A stretch of 64,000 nucleotides of DNA from Camelus dromedarius (Eukaryota): contig NC_087436.1 in assembly GCF_036321535.1 (NCBI RefSeq), forward strand, positions 73,844,001-73,908,000, read 5' to 3'. Below the pieces are notes generated by a model that saw only the letters and a list, made by a program, of their open reading frames with translations, had not been told where the DNA came from and did not search any database. Below are positions 1-14,089 of the stretch, piece by piece. How positions within the stretch are numbered: the stretch's first letter is position 1; every line of letters starts with the position of its first letter. The translations under genes were made by a program, and so were the position numbers.

Positions 1-2845
1 TTTAGAGAAATGTTTGTTCAGGTCTTCCGCTCATGTTTTAATCAAGTTGTTTGTTTTTGATACTTAGTTGTATGAGCTATTTTTTATTTTGAATATTAAC
101 CCTTATAAGTCATAGCATTTACAAATATTTTCTCCTGTTTGGTAGGTTATCTTTTCTTTTGTTGGTGGTTTTCTTTGGTGTGTAAAAACTTTTAAGTTTA
201 ATTTAGTTCCATTTGTTTATTTTTTTTTTCTTTTGCGTTAGGAGACAGATCCAAAAAATATTGCTGTGATTTTTGTCAAAGAGTGTTTTGCCTACGTTTT
301 CCTCTAAGAATTTTATGGTGTCTGGTCTTACATTTAGGTCTTTCATCCATTTTGAGTTTGTTTTTGTATGTGGTGTGAGGAAATGTTCTAATCTCATTGA
401 TATCCATGGAGCTCTCCAGTTTGCCCAGTACCACTTACTGAAGAGTCTTTTATCCATTGTGTATTTTTGACTCTTTTGTTATGGATTAATTAACTAGAAG
501 TGCATGTGTTTATTTCTGGCCTCTCTCTTCTGTTCCATTGATCTGTGTGTCTGTTTTTGTGCCAGCACCATTCTGTTTTGATTTCTGTAGCTTTGTAGTA
601 TAGTCTGAAGTCAGGGAAGGGTGATACCACCATCTTTGTTCTTTTTTCTCCAGACTGTTTGGCAGTTGGGGTCTTCTGGGATTCCATATAGGTTTTAGGA
701 TTTTTTTTTTTCTCGGTCTGTGAAAAATGCCATGAGTATTTTGATAGGGGTTGCATTAAATCTGTAGATTGTATGGACATTTTAATAATATTAATTTTTC
801 CAATCCAGGAACACAGAGTATCTTTACATTTCTTTATATCGTTTTCAAATTCCTTTATCAATGTTTTATAGTTTTCAGAGTATAGATCTTTCATCTCTTT
901 GGTTAAGTTTATTCCTAGGTATTTTATTCTCTTTGATGCAATTGTAAATGGGATTGTTTTCTGAAATTCTTTTTCTGTTAATTCATTATTAATGTATAGA
1001 AAAGCAACATATTTTTGTATATTAATCTTGTAGCCTGCAACCTACATTCATTTATTCTAAGAGCTTTTTTTGGCAGAGACTTTGGGTTTTCTATGTATTG
1101 TATCATGTCATCTGCAACTAGGGACAGTACTACTTCTTCCCTTCCAATTTGGTTGCCTTTTATTTCTTTTTTCTTATCTGATTGCTGTGGCTAGGACTTC
1201 TAATACTATATTAAACAGAAGTGGCAAGAGTAGGTACCTTGTCTTCTTCATGATTTTAGAGGCAAGGCTTTCAACTTTTCACCATTGAGTGTGATGTTAG
1301 CTGTGGGTTGCTATAAATGGCCTTCAATATGTTGAGATATGTTCCTTTCTATACCAACTTTGATGAGGGTTTTTAGCATGAGGGGGTGTTGAATTTTGTC
1401 AAATGCTTTTTTCTGTGTCTGTTGAGATGATAGTGTGATTTTTATCTTTTTGGTTAATGTGGTGTATCTCATTGATTGATTTCCAAATATTGAACCATCC
1501 TTGCATCTTTGGGAAAATACCCTAGTTGAGAATGGTGTATGATCCTTTATATATATTGTTGGATTTTGCTTCCTAACATTTTGTTGAGGATTTTTACATC
1601 TATATTCATCAGAGATATTGGCATATAATTTTCCTTTTTTGTAATGTCTTTGGTTTTCGTATCAGGGTGATAGTGCTTCCCTCCTCTTCAATCTTTTGTA
1701 ATAGTTTGAGAAGGATAGGTATAAGTTTTTTATGTTTGATAGAGTTCCCCAGTGAGGCTGTCCTTTCCTGAGAGTTTTTTAATTACAGATTCTATTTCAT
1801 TTCTAATGATTGGTCTGTTCAAATTATCTGTTTCTTCTTGACTCAATTTGGCAGGCTTTTTATTGCTAGAAACTTGTCCATTTCTTCTAGGTTTTACAAT
1901 TTGTTGGCATATACCTGTTCATAGTATTCTTATGATTTTTTTCTATTTCTGCAGTATTAGTTGTTATTTTTCCCCTTCTATTTCTTATATGTTTATTGGG
2001 GTTCTCTCTCTTTTCTTCTTGATGAGCCTGGCTAAAGCTTTATCAATTTTGTTTATCTCTTCCAAAAGCCAGTTCTTGATTTCATTGATTTTTTTTTTGT
2101 CTCTATTTTATATACTTCCTCTCTAATCATTATTATTTCCTTCTTTCTGCTGAATTTAGGTTTTGTTGTTCTTTTTCAGATTCATTTAGATAGTGAATTA
2201 GGGTTTTTTTTATTTGAGATATTTCTTGTTTTTTGAGGTAAGCCTGTATGCTGTAAACGTTCCTCTTAGAACTGTTTTTGGTGCATTCCATAAATTTTGG
2301 AAAGTTGTGTTTCCAAATGATGTTTGTTTTCATTTGTCTTGAGGTGTTTTCTGATTTCCTCTTTGATATCTTTATTGATCCATTGGTTTTTTTAGTAGCA
2401 TGTTATTTAGTCTTCATGTGTTTGTGCTTCTCCCATTTTTCTTCCTGTAATTGATTTCTGGTTATACTGTTGTCAGAAAAAATGCTTTATATAATTTCTA
2501 TCCTCTTAAATTTGTTGAGATTTATTTTGTGGCCTAGCACGTCCTCTATCCTGAAGATTGTTCTACGTATGCTTGAAAAGAATGTGTATTCTGCTATTTT
2601 TGGATGGAATATATCCTGTGGGTATATTTTAAGTCCAGCTGCTCTACTGTGTCACTTAAGACCACTTTTACCTTATTGATTTTCTGTCTGGAGGATCTGT
2701 CCATTGATGTAAGTGGGCTGTTAAAGTTGCCTACTCTTATTGTTTATTGTCAGTTTCTCTATTTATGTCTGTTAATATTTGCTTTATATATTTAGCTGCT
2801 CTTGTACTGGGTTAGTAATATATAATGAGTGTGATATCCTTCCTG
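1..2845 (-). mobile_element. LINE-1 fragment (ORF2 region, degenerate, 5'-truncated; continues past the window start)
   Basis: Minus-strand ORF pieces match L1 ORF2p ([15 protein letters not shown]..., LTPHTKTNSKWMKDLNVRPDTIKFLEEN); T-rich plus strand; many frameshifts. Confidence 0.95.
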
Positions 2846-4969
2846 TAACTGAGTGTCTGTGTGTGTAACAGGTATCAATAAATAGTACAAGAATGCTGAG
2901 GCATAGAGGTATATGGTTTTAAGTCATCGCTGATCTAAGTGTTCATTGAAGCTAAAATTAAAAGTCCAGGTGACCAAAAACAGAAGATCTTACCACTATT
3001 ACTGGAAAGTCCCTATGAGTAAAGCTTCTTTTCAAGGACATGGGCACATCAGATCTAGCTGCAAAAGCTAAATTGTTGCCCCTAGTCCTTAATGTCTAAA
3101 GATGCTCTGATACTGTTCCTGCTAATGTTTATCCTGGGAATCTTATAAGCTTAGTAAGACTACTGACTTTCTTTCCTCTCTCTCTTCCTCCCTCTCTTAC
3201 CTTATTTCATAAACAATTTTGGAGTACTCATAGCAAAAAGACATATGATAAGGAGCATTCTAGGAGATTTGAAGATAAGTTGATGTATATCACGAGGGAC
3301 ATGTGAAAAATTTCGGAAGGCTTTCTTTTGGAAATACCATACTTCTCGCATTCTAACTCACTCCACACGTACACATAAACACTGAAATTATTGCCATAGA
3401 GATCCATTGTCCTTGATGAGAATGTGTAGTGTAGAAAAAAAATTGAGAATTAAAGCCTAGAGACTTAAAATTTACCAATAGAGACATGTCTAAAAATGTA
3501 ATAATATATTTTAATTGTTGTATATTTAATATTACAGGGGTAATATTTTGGATTACTTTGATAATACTAAGTAGGTATGCTTTCATTCCCTCTAAAATTC
3601 TATTCTGTCTGTACTCCAGTCACCTTTAAGATTAAGTCATTAGTAGTCCAGGGGAAAAAAATAGATAATGGCAGAAAAAGGAGGTTCATAGGATGAAGGA
3701 GAAGTAAATAGCATATAGGAGTACCTCTAACAGGAATTGGGAGTAGGAGAGTAGAACAGAAAGAAAAGAAGGAGAAAACATTAGACTCCAGTATCCTGGC
3801 TCCTCTGGACTGAAGCTGTGGAAAGAGTTGATGTAGGAGGTTAGAAACAACCTAAGTTTGAAAGAACCCTAGTGTGGTAGAGATTGTTTTCTTGCCTCTC
3901 CTTGGGGAAACTGGGCCATTTTCAGGGTCACTCTATTAGAAAAGCATCATGTATAACATGAGACCAGCCAAGCAATAAATTGAAAATAGCAAAGTAACAG
4001 AATGAATTGAGAGCAGACAAAAGTTCCTTTTTTATGGTTTTCTGCCAAATCAAGATTGTTGTGATGGAATTCCTAGGTTTCCCTTTGGGCCGAGTGAAGG
4101 TAACTGGGGCACACACCAGCTATAGTCTTCTGTAAGAAGATGCTCAGCAAGGCCAGGGAAGCTCATTTTGGGTTTGTGGGAGGACCGCCTAATAAGGTGA
4201 GAGGACATAAAATTATTCTTTAGAATACCCAATGCCAGGAGGATGTAGTGGGATTTACTGGTGGGGAAATTTATTAGCAGGGCATTCAGGGCCTGTAGAA
4301 AACACTGTCATGAAACCAGCAAATAAATGTCACCACTTCTGGAGACCAGATTAACAGCCAGCAGAGAACAGACTACAATTTTCCCCAATAGCAGAGTGTC
4401 ACAATGTAGATGGGGAACCATGTGCAAAAAGGAAATTGAATTTCTGTATATTGGAAATCAGCATACTTCACAAGCTTTCATGTCCACTACTGGGGAAACA
4501 TTCATCTTGCCAATTAAAATTTAGTTACTTCTGAGTTGAAGCTGTCTTCTTTAAGTAAAAATTTAGTTAAATTCAGAATGTTTTTCTCCCCTTTTCCCCT
4601 TTTTCCTTCCCAAGAGCAAGCTAAGTCCTGCCAGTGTACGGAGGTAACTTGTTCTGGTGCTGACCTCTAGTGGTCTCTGGCCTTCACTGAGGTGTCTGAT
4701 CCTGCTGGTCTCTGGATGATGGTAATTTATATTTACTGCTGTAATGTCTTGCTTTGGCCTCCTGTCTCTAAGATACATGTACTTTGCATTATCAGATCAC
4801 AAGTGAGCTCTTTTGGATCTCCCAACTCCCTTTCAAGCCTCTTCCTTTGGCTGTTGCAACATTACAGATGCTTTCCAGTAAGTAGTCTTCAAATTGGGGT
4901 ACATATAACTCTGGAGGTACATGAAGACATTCCGAGGAGTATGTGGGCAAAGTTGTTATTTTTTAAAAT

Positions 4970-5430
4970 CAACTGTATTTATGTATGATTTATATAAATA
5001 AGATTCAATCAATTTCACGTGTGCAATTCTGTGACTCTTAAACGTGTATCCTCATGTAACCACCAATATAATCATGATAGAAAACATTTCATCACCCTGA
5101 AAAGTTCCTTTATGCCCTTTGTAGTCAGTCTTTTCCCTCCACCCAAGGCCTTGGAAGTCACTGATCTGTTTTCTGTCACTACAGTTTTGTCTTTTCTAGA
5201 ATGTCATTTAAATATTATCATACAGCATGTAGATTTTTGTGACTGACTTCTTAGTATAATGCGTTTGAGATTCATCCATATTGTATCAGTAGTTAATTCT
5301 TCTTTTAAAAAACAGCTTTACTGAGATTTAATTCAGGTGCCATACAATTCACCTTTTTAAAGTGTACAATTTAGTGGTCTTTAGTATATTCACAGAATTG
5401 TGAAAACATCACTATAGTCAGTTTTAGAAT
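4970..5430 (-). mobile_element. Old L1M 3'-end fragments
   Basis: Typical antisense L1M 3' UTR motifs such as 'aacatttcatcaccctgaaaagttcc' and 'catacaattcacctttttaaagtgtacaat'. Confidence 0.7.
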
Positions 5431-5499
5431 TACAGATACATGCAATAACATGGATAGATTTCAAAGCATTATGCTAAGAACTCAGTCACAATCTTATCA

Positions 5500-6200
5500 C
5501 CTTTATTACTGCAGTCTTGGTTCAAGCAGCCATAATCTCTGCTTACATTATCATGACAACCTGTAAACTGGTTGAATTTCACCCTGCAGACTATTCTCAG
5601 CTTAACATCCAGAGTAATCATCTTAAAAATTTTAAGTCAAATCTTGTCATACCTCTGTTTAAACTTTATGATTTGTTTCCTTTCTCTTAGAGTAAAATCC
5701 AAAATTCTTACAATAGCCTGTAAAGACTTGTATTATCTTCCCACCACCATACTTACCTTGCTGATCTTATCTCCTCTAACTCTTCCCTTACCTATGACTG
5801 TTCTCTTCCAGCCATATCAGCCTCTTGTATTCTTCTGCCTGACCACTCTTCCACCACAATCTTCATGGCTGATCTCCCTCATCTCCTTCAAGTCTTTGCT
5901 CATGTCACCTTTTCAGGGATTCCCTCAACCATCCATTTAGGTGGCAAACTCTCCATGGACTCCTAAATCTCCCTTGTATTACTTAAAAAAAAAAACCTAA
6001 TACTTACTATATTCTAACATACTTGTGTAATTTATTTATTTTAGTTGTTATTTGACTGACCCCTCCCACAAGAATGTGAATTTGACAAGGGGCGGAATGT
6101 TTACCTATTTTGTTTCCTGATATATCTCCAGTACCTAAAACAGTTCCTGGAACATTGTGAGGACTCAGATATTTGTTGATGAATGGTTGGATGAATGAAA
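5500..6200 (+). mobile_element. LINE-2 3' fragment
   Basis: Ends in an L2-type tail 'actcagatatttgttgatgaatggttggatgaatgaa' preceded by 'tatatctccagtacctaaaacagttcctggaacat'. Confidence 0.75.
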
Positions 6201-7904
6201 TCAAGAGTTAAAAACTAGAGGTTCCAGTTCAAGGTGGTGACATAAGAAGATCCTGTATTCACCTCTTCCCACATACCAAATCTGCAGCCATGTATGGAAC
6301 GGTTTCTCCTGGGAAAAAACTGAAAACAGATGGCACAACTCTTAACATTAGACAAATGAGAGGGAAACCACATTTAAGTGGGTATGAAAGGCTGAGGCAC
6401 AATCTTGCCATAAATTCTGCCTCTGGCACTGTGACCCTCAATTGGAAGGGAACTTGAAACTTGGAGCTTCTCCATGAGGAGTAAAGGGCTTATACTCCAC
6501 ATTGGGCACCCCAACTTTAAAGACTATTAACTGAGAGACAAGGCCTCAAAATATCTGGGTTTAAAGACCAGTGGGGCTCACATCCATGTGACCTGTGGGG
6601 CCATGACAAACCACAGTATAGTTCTTAAAGGGTCTGTGTGCGGACCCAGCTGCTCTAGAGTGCAGCACAGAAGCAGCCCTTTGAACAGCACTCAGACGTT
6701 ATATGTAAAAGACTCATTTGTTAATTTTGAAACAGTTGGTCTGAGGGGCAAGAACTTGCTGGGATATTCTCCTGGGATGGAAGCTAGTGGGGACTGTCAT
6801 CATGCCCTCCTTCTGCCTTGCTAAAGCTCAGGGGTGTCATCTTTTCTTCTTTTTTCCTTCCCAGTGGGAGTCATCTGTATGCTCCAGTCTATGAGCACCA
6901 TTGTTTACTATCTCTTTCTGCCTTGCTGAAACCAGTGGATGCCTTCTCCAACTTTTTTTCTCCTCTTTTTGGCAGGTGCCATTTTTGTACCCCACCTCCT
7001 CTGCCTTGCTCCAACCAGCTGGTACCATCTTTGTCCTCTCCCTCTGCTGCACTAGTATTTCCAAGGTGGACTCCGGTTTTGTGCTTTCCCTCTGCTTTGT
7101 TCCAGCTCACTGATATCTTCCATATAGGAGCTTATACCCTTCTTTGATGCCCTGACTTTTGCAGATGCTGCCAGGGGACACACCTTGATTGCCTTACTCT
7201 GGTGGCTAGGGGGACTGATGTTCCTGGGTCCCACAGGACTGTAACAGTTACAGAGACAGTTCTTGGAAGGCTGCCACTCCCAGGACACTGCACAGAAAGT
7301 GGACTAAAACACTCTCCTAGTCTTTCCGTGAAAGACACCTACTTGTTACTCCTGGAGCTTTGGCCATAGGAACAGGCTTCAGGTTTGAAACACATCCAGA
7401 GTCTACAGAGGTGCTCTCAGGTAGTATAACCTGGAGAATACTATCTTTCTGCCTTCCCTCTGCCTTGCCACAGCTTACTGGCATCTCTTAGAAAGGAGCA
7501 TACACACTCGTCTGGAGCCTTGATTTTTATGACCTCTGCCCAGGAGATACCTCCAGATCACTTGGTTCTGGGGACCAGCAGTGCTTGCACTTGTCCCAAA
7601 GAACTGTATATATTTGCATTTTTAAGAAGCTGTTGCCTAAGGGGGTCTGGCTTTTAATCAGCCTGAAACTAGGTGCTGAATGAGATTCTTCCTTTTGGGA
7701 CACTAACTGGTTTTGACACACCCTCAGCTACTGAGAGCTATTAAAAAATTAAATGGGCTGCCTGAATGATCACAAAGGTTTGAAAAGCTAGGGCAGAGTT
7801 GAATGACAAGATTTATCTCCTACGCAGGGCCAACCCTTCAAGGCTGGGAGAGGCAGCTATTTTATCTAACGCATAGAAATCAACATTGAGAGTCAAGCAA
7901 AGTG

Positions 7905-8301
7905 AATTTTGTGTTGTCCCAGTGCATATAAAATTTATGTTTATTCTGTATCATAGACTGTTAAGCCTGCGCTGGCATTATGCCTAGAAGAACAGTGTGC
8001 ATACCTTAATGTAAAATACTTTGTTGCTAAAAATTGCTAACCATTATCTGAACCTTCTCCAAGTTGTAACATCAAAGATCACTGATCACAGATTACCATG
8101 ACATAATAATAATTTAAAAGTTTGAAATATTGCAAGAATTACCAAAATGTGATACACAGAAATGAAGTGAGTAAATGCTATTGGAAAAATGGCACCAACA
8201 GACTTTCTCAAGGCAGAGTTGCCACAGACTGTTGGTTTGTAAAAAATGCAGTAGCTGTGAAGCACATTAAAGCAAAGTGCAAGAAAACGAGGTATGTCTG
8301 T
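7905..8301 (+). mobile_element. Tigger2-like DNA transposon, right half only
   Basis: Ends in 'aaaacgaggtatgtctg' plus TA, matching a Tigger2-type terminus; internal 'aacatcaaagatcactgatcacagat'; no left inverted repeat seen. Confidence 0.75.
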
Positions 8302-11300
8302 ATGATAGAGGTTGTGGATTAATTACTTAGAAGGCTAGTATAAAGGCTAAAAGACAAAGGTAGTAAAAACAGCTGCAACTATCATAATTAGTTAAGGAAT
8401 ACACACAATTAAAAGATGTAAAATGTAACATCAAAAACAAAATTGGGGGGGGTAAGAATAAAAATGTAGAGCTCTAGAATGCATTCAAAGTTAAGTTGTT
8501 ACCAACTTAAAATAGACTGTTATAAATATTAAGTTGTTATAGGTAAGTTTCTTGGTAGCCACAGAGCAAAAACCTATACTATATACAAAAAAATAAAAGG
8601 AGAAGGAATATAAGCATACCACTAAGGAGAGTAATCAATCACAAAGGAAGAGAGTAGCCAGAAGAAGAAAGGAACAGAGGAACTACAAAATAACCAGAAA
8701 ACAATGAACAAAATGGCAATAAGTACATACCTTTCAGTAATTACTTTAAATGTAAATGAACTAAATTCTCCAATCAAGAGACATAGAGTGGTTGAGTGAA
8801 TACAAAACCAAACTTATCAATATGCTGCCTACAAATAACACACTTAAAAGTTAAGGACACACAGAGACTGGAAGTGAAGTTATGGGAAAAGATGTTCCAT
8901 GCAAATAGAAACTGAAAGAAAACTGGTGTAGCTGTACTTATGTCAGACAAAATAGGCTGTGAAACAAAGACTGTAATAAGAGACAAAGAAGGGAATTATA
9001 TAGTGATAAAGGGGTCAGTCCAACAAGAGAATATAACATTTGTGTATATTTATGCACCCAGCATAGGAGTGCCTAAATATTAACCTAAGTTAAAATATAT
9101 ATTAACCTACTAAATGCATAAAATAAATATTAACAGACCTAAAGGGAGAAACAGACAGCAGTATAATAATAGCAGGGGACTTTAATATCCTACTTACATC
9201 AATTGATAGGTCATCCAGACAGAAAATAAACAAGGAAACATTGGCCTAAATGGCACATTAGACCAGATGGACTTAACAGAAATATACAGGACATTCCATC
9301 TAGAAGCAATAGGATACACATCCTTCTCAAGTGCACATGAAACATTTTCTGGGATAGATCATATGTTAGGCCATAAAACAGGTCTTAACAAATTTAAGAA
9401 GACTGAAATTATGTCAAGTGTCTTTTCCAGTCACAGTGGCATGGAACTATAAGAAGAAAACTGGAAAATTGATAAATATGTGGAGCTTAAACAGCATGCT
9501 CCTGTACAAATCAGTAGGTAAAAAAGAAGTTGAAAGCAAACCTGAGAGAAACAAAAGTGGAAATACAGCATATGAAAATTTATAGGATGCAGTAAAAGCA
9601 GTTATAAGAGAAAAGTTCATAGTAATAAATGCCTACTGCAAGAAATAAGAAAAGTTTCAAATAAACAACCTAACTTAACACCTCAAAGAACTAGAAAGAG
9701 AAGAGCAAATAAAGCCCAAAGTTAGGAGAAGGAAAGAAATAGCATAGCAGAAATAAATGAAAAGAGACAAAGACAACAGAAAAGATCAATGAAGCCAAGA
9801 GCTGTTTATAAAAAAAAAAAAAATGGCAAACCATTAGCTAGACTCACTAAGAAAAAAAGAGAAGACTCAAATAAATTAAATCAGAAATCAAAGAGGAGAC
9901 ATACAAATGATACCCCAGAAATATAAAGGATCCTAAGAGACTACTACAAACTAAATAGACACCAACAAATTGGACAACCTAGAATAAATGGATAAATTCC
10001 AAGAAACAAACAACTTTCTAAGAGTGAATCAGGAAGAAATAGAAAATCTGAATAGTCTGATTATTAGTAAGCAGATTGCATCAGTAATTAAAAGCATCCC
10101 CAAAATTAAAGTCCAGATAGCTTCACTGGCAAATTCTACCAGACATCTGAAAAAGAGTGGACACCAGTCATTCTCAAACTCTTCCAAGAAATAGAAGAGG
10201 AGGGAACACTTCCAAGCTCATAACTCATTTTATAGGCCAGCATAATTTGATACCAAAACCAGACAAAGACACAACAAAGAATGAAAAGTACAGGCTAGTG
10301 TCCCTGATGAACATACACAAATCCTTAACAAAATGTTAGCAAACCAAGATACATTAAAAGGATTGTACACCATGATCAAGTTGGGTTTAGTCCAGGGATG
10401 CGAGGATGGTTCAGCATCCACAAATCAATCAGTGTGATAAACCAGATTAACAAAATGAGGGATAAAAATCGTGTGATCATTGTCATAGATGCAGTAAAAG
10501 CACTTTACAAAACTTAATACCCATTTTTGCTAAAAATTCTCCACGGAGTTGATACAGAGGGAATGTACCTTAACATAATGAAGGCTATACACGATGAGCC
10601 CACAGTTGATACCATGCTCAGTAGTGAAAAGCTGAAAGCTTTTCCTCTAAAATCAGGAACAAGACAAGGATGTCCACTCTTGTTACTTTTATTCAACATA
10701 GTATTGGAAATCCTAGCCAGAGCAGTCCACCAAGAAAAAAAGACATTAATGCAAGTGAATTGGAAAGGAAGAAGTAAAACTGTAACTGTTTGCAAATGAC
10801 ATGATAAAACCCTGAAGACTCCTCAGAAAAAGTTAAAACTAATAAATTCAGTAAATTTGCAAGATACAACATCAATACAGAGATCTATTGTGTTTCTGTA
10901 CACTGATAACAAACTATCAAAAGGAGAAATAAAATAATCCCATCTGTAATTGCACCAAAAATAACAAAATATCTGTGAATAAATTTAACCAAGGAGGTGA
11001 ATACTGTAGACACTGATGAAAGAAGTTGAAGAAGATTCAGAGGAAGAAGAAAATATTCCGTACTCATGGATTGCAAGAATCCATGTTGTTAAAATGTCCA
11101 TACTACCCAAAGCAATCTACAGTTCAGTATAATCCCTTTTGAAATTTTAATGGCATTTTTCACAGAAATATACCAAAAAAATCCTAAAATTTGTATTGAA
11201 CCACAAAAGACCCCAAATAGCCAAAGAAATCTTGGGAAAGAAGAACAAAGCTGAAGGCACCACACTCCATGATTACAAGTTGTATTATAAAGATGTAATT

Positions 11301-11934
11301 AAAACAGTATCATATTGGCATAAAAACAGACACATAGATTAGTGGAACAGAATGGCAAGCCCAGAAATAAACCCATGTGTATATGGTCAATTAATTTCTG
11401 ACAAAGGAGCCAATATACAATGGAGAAAGGACAATCTCTTCAGTAAATGTTGTTGGGAAAATTGGACAGCCACATGCAAAAGAATGAAACTGGGCCACTA
11501 TCTTACACCATACACAAAAATTAACTTAAAATTTGTAGACCTGAATCATAGAACTCCTAGAGGAAACATAGGTGGTAAGCTCCTTGACATTGGTCTTGGC
11601 AGTGATTTTTTTTGGATTTGGCACCAAAAGCCTAGGCAGCAAAAGCAAAAATCAGCAAGTGGGACTATACCAAATCAAGAAATTTCTGCATAGCAAAGAA
11701 AACCATCTAAAAATGAAAAGACAGCCTGAATGGGAGAAAATATTTGCAAACCATACATATGATAAATGGTTAATATGTAAAATATGTAAGGAACTCATCA
11801 ACTCAATAAGAAAAAAAACTGTCCAAATAAAAAATGAGCAGAATGCCTGAAGAGAGATTTTTTCGAAGACATGCAGGTGGCCAACAGACAGATGAAAAGA
11901 TCAACATCACTAATCATCAGGGAAATGCAAATCA

Positions 11935-12343
11935 AAATTACAAAGAGGTATCACTTCACACCAATCAGAATGGCCATCATCAAAGTCTGCAAATGATAAA
12001 TGCTGAAGAGGGTGTGGAGAAAAGGGAACCCTTCTACACTGTTAGTAGGAATGTAATTTGGTGCAGACACTATGGAAAACAGTATGGAGATTACCTAAAA
12101 ATTTAAAAATAGGGTTACTATATGATCCAGCAATCCCTCTCCTGGGCATATATCCAGAGAAAACTCCAGGTTGAAAAGATACGTGCACCCCAGTGTTCAT
12201 AACAGCACTATTTATAGCAGTCAAGACATGGAAGCAACCTAAATGTCCATTGACAGATGATTGGATAAAGAAGTTATGGTATACATATATACCACAGTGA
12301 TGCAAATGATGCAGCTGACAAGGGCTTAACTTCCAGAATATAC

Positions 12344-12394
<51 letters not shown>

Positions 12395-12845
12395 TCACAT
12401 ATATATAGAGAGAGAGTAGTATTCCATTATATATATAATGTATATATGTAATGTATTCCAATTATATATATATATAATATATATATATATATAATGAAAT
12501 ACTACTCAGCCATAAAAAGAATGAAATAATGCCATTTGCAACAACATGGATGGACCTAGAGATTATCATACTAAGTGAAGTAAGTCTGAGAGAAGAAGGC
12601 AAGTATTACATGATATTAGTTATATGTAATCTAAAAGTATGACACAAATTAACTTACTTACAAAACAGAAACAGACTCACAGACATAGAAACAAACTTAT
12701 GGTAACAAAAAGGGAAAGAGGGGGAGGGATAAGTTGAATCACTATGCTAACACATAACACAGAAACTAACACAAGATTTTAAATCAACTGTACTTCAATT
12801 AGAAGAAAAAGAATTGAGTGGTTTGCTGAAAATTAAAAACACAAA
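11935..12845 (+). mobile_element. Younger 5'-truncated LINE-1 nested in the older L1
   Basis: Second copy of the ORF2 3' end with a different 3' UTR ('aaacagactcacagacatagaaacaaacttatgg...aaatcaactgtacttcaatt') and an A-rich tail; the older L1 resumes near 12850. Confidence 0.8.
12347..12492. repeat. Compound microsatellite, about (AC)23 followed by interrupted (TA)n
   Basis: Directly visible. Confidence 0.95.
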
Positions 12846-14089
12846 ACAAACCCACGAGATATGAGATGTCACCTCACACTTGTTACGATGGTTATTATCA
12901 AAAAAACAAGAAAGAACAAATGTTGGAGAGGATGTGAAGGAAAGGGAATGTTTGTGCACTATTGGTGGGAATGTAAATTGATACAGTCACTATGGAAAAT
13001 AGTATGCAGCTTCCTCAAAAAATTAAAAATAGAGCTACCATATGAGCCAATATTTCCATTTCTGGGTGTTTATCCAAAGAAAATGAAAACATTCAGTTGA
13101 AAATATTTCTGCAACTCCATGTTCTTTATAGCATTATTTACAGTAGCCAAGATATGGAAACAACTTAAGTGCCTACTGATGGATGAATATATATAAAGAA
13201 AATGTGGTACATATGTACACAGTGGAATATTACTCAGCCATAAAAAAGAATGAATTCTTGCCATTTGTAGTAACAATGGATGGACCTTGAGGGCATTATA
13301 CCAAGTGAAATAAGTCAGACAGAGAAAGACAAATAACATATGATTTTATATGTGGAATCTAAAAACAGAAACAAAAAATCAAGCTCATAAATACAAAGAA
13401 GAGATTGGTGGTTGCCAGAGGTGGGGATGAGGGTTAGGCAAAAAAGGGGAAGAGAGTCAAAAGATACAAAAGTCCCAGCTATAAAATAAGTTATGAGGAT
13501 CGAATTGGCAACTGTAATTAATAATACTCTAGTGCACATCTGAAAGTTGCTAGAGACTAAATCTTAAAAGTTCTCATCAGAAAAAAAAATTTGTAACTAG
13601 ATATAATAACAGATGTTAACTAGACTTAATTGTGGTGATCATTTCACAATATATACAAATATCAAGTCATTATGTTTTTCTGGAAGTAAACAAGAATGGA
13701 GCAAAAGCATATTGAGAATAAATAAGGCCAAACTTACCTTGAACTTCTTGCAGTGTTTGTTTGTTAGACTCAGTCTTGTGTGTGATATATTGATGAATCT
13801 AATAGGCTTTAGTGGGCCAAATACAGGTAAATCCCCCTACTGCATTCCCTGTAGGCCCACATACCTGGGACGTAAATGCAAGTCAGTGCGAACATAAGGC
13901 CTGAAAACATGTGAAAACTCTTTTTCCTTTCTAACCAAACTCTGTTTTTTAAAATGGTGCAGTTGCTGAGAGTCTGTTCAGTGTTTTTAATCTTAAATTT
14001 CTTAGCCAGTGAAGTGGGCAGAGGCTAGAGGTCTGGAAGAGTCTGAAGAGTTTAGATGGGCTTTGTAGAAGTGGGTTCACTTCATGACA

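Larger units (their letters stand above)
6215..13675 (+). mobile_element. Near full-length old LINE-1 (L1MA9-like 3' end); ORF1 missing; interrupted by a Tigger fragment and a younger L1
   Basis: L1-type 5' start 'ttcaaggtggtgacataagaagatcctgtattcacctcttccc'; ORF2 starts near 8713 (atggcaataagtacatacc); ORF pieces MDLTEIYRTFH and KLKAFPLKSGTRQGCPL; L1MA-type 3' UTR at 13330-13675. Confidence 0.9.

Noticed and set aside
2850..4960. Possible nested CXCL9/10/11 chemokine gene, since these lie in the ART3 5' region in human
   Set aside because: No CXC-motif exon was recognised on either strand; those genes should lie upstream of this window.
203..13539. Many 60-139 aa ORFs
   Set aside because: They are broken L1 ORF2 pieces or antisense chance frames, not host genes; no intact ORF2 exists, so there is no active L1.
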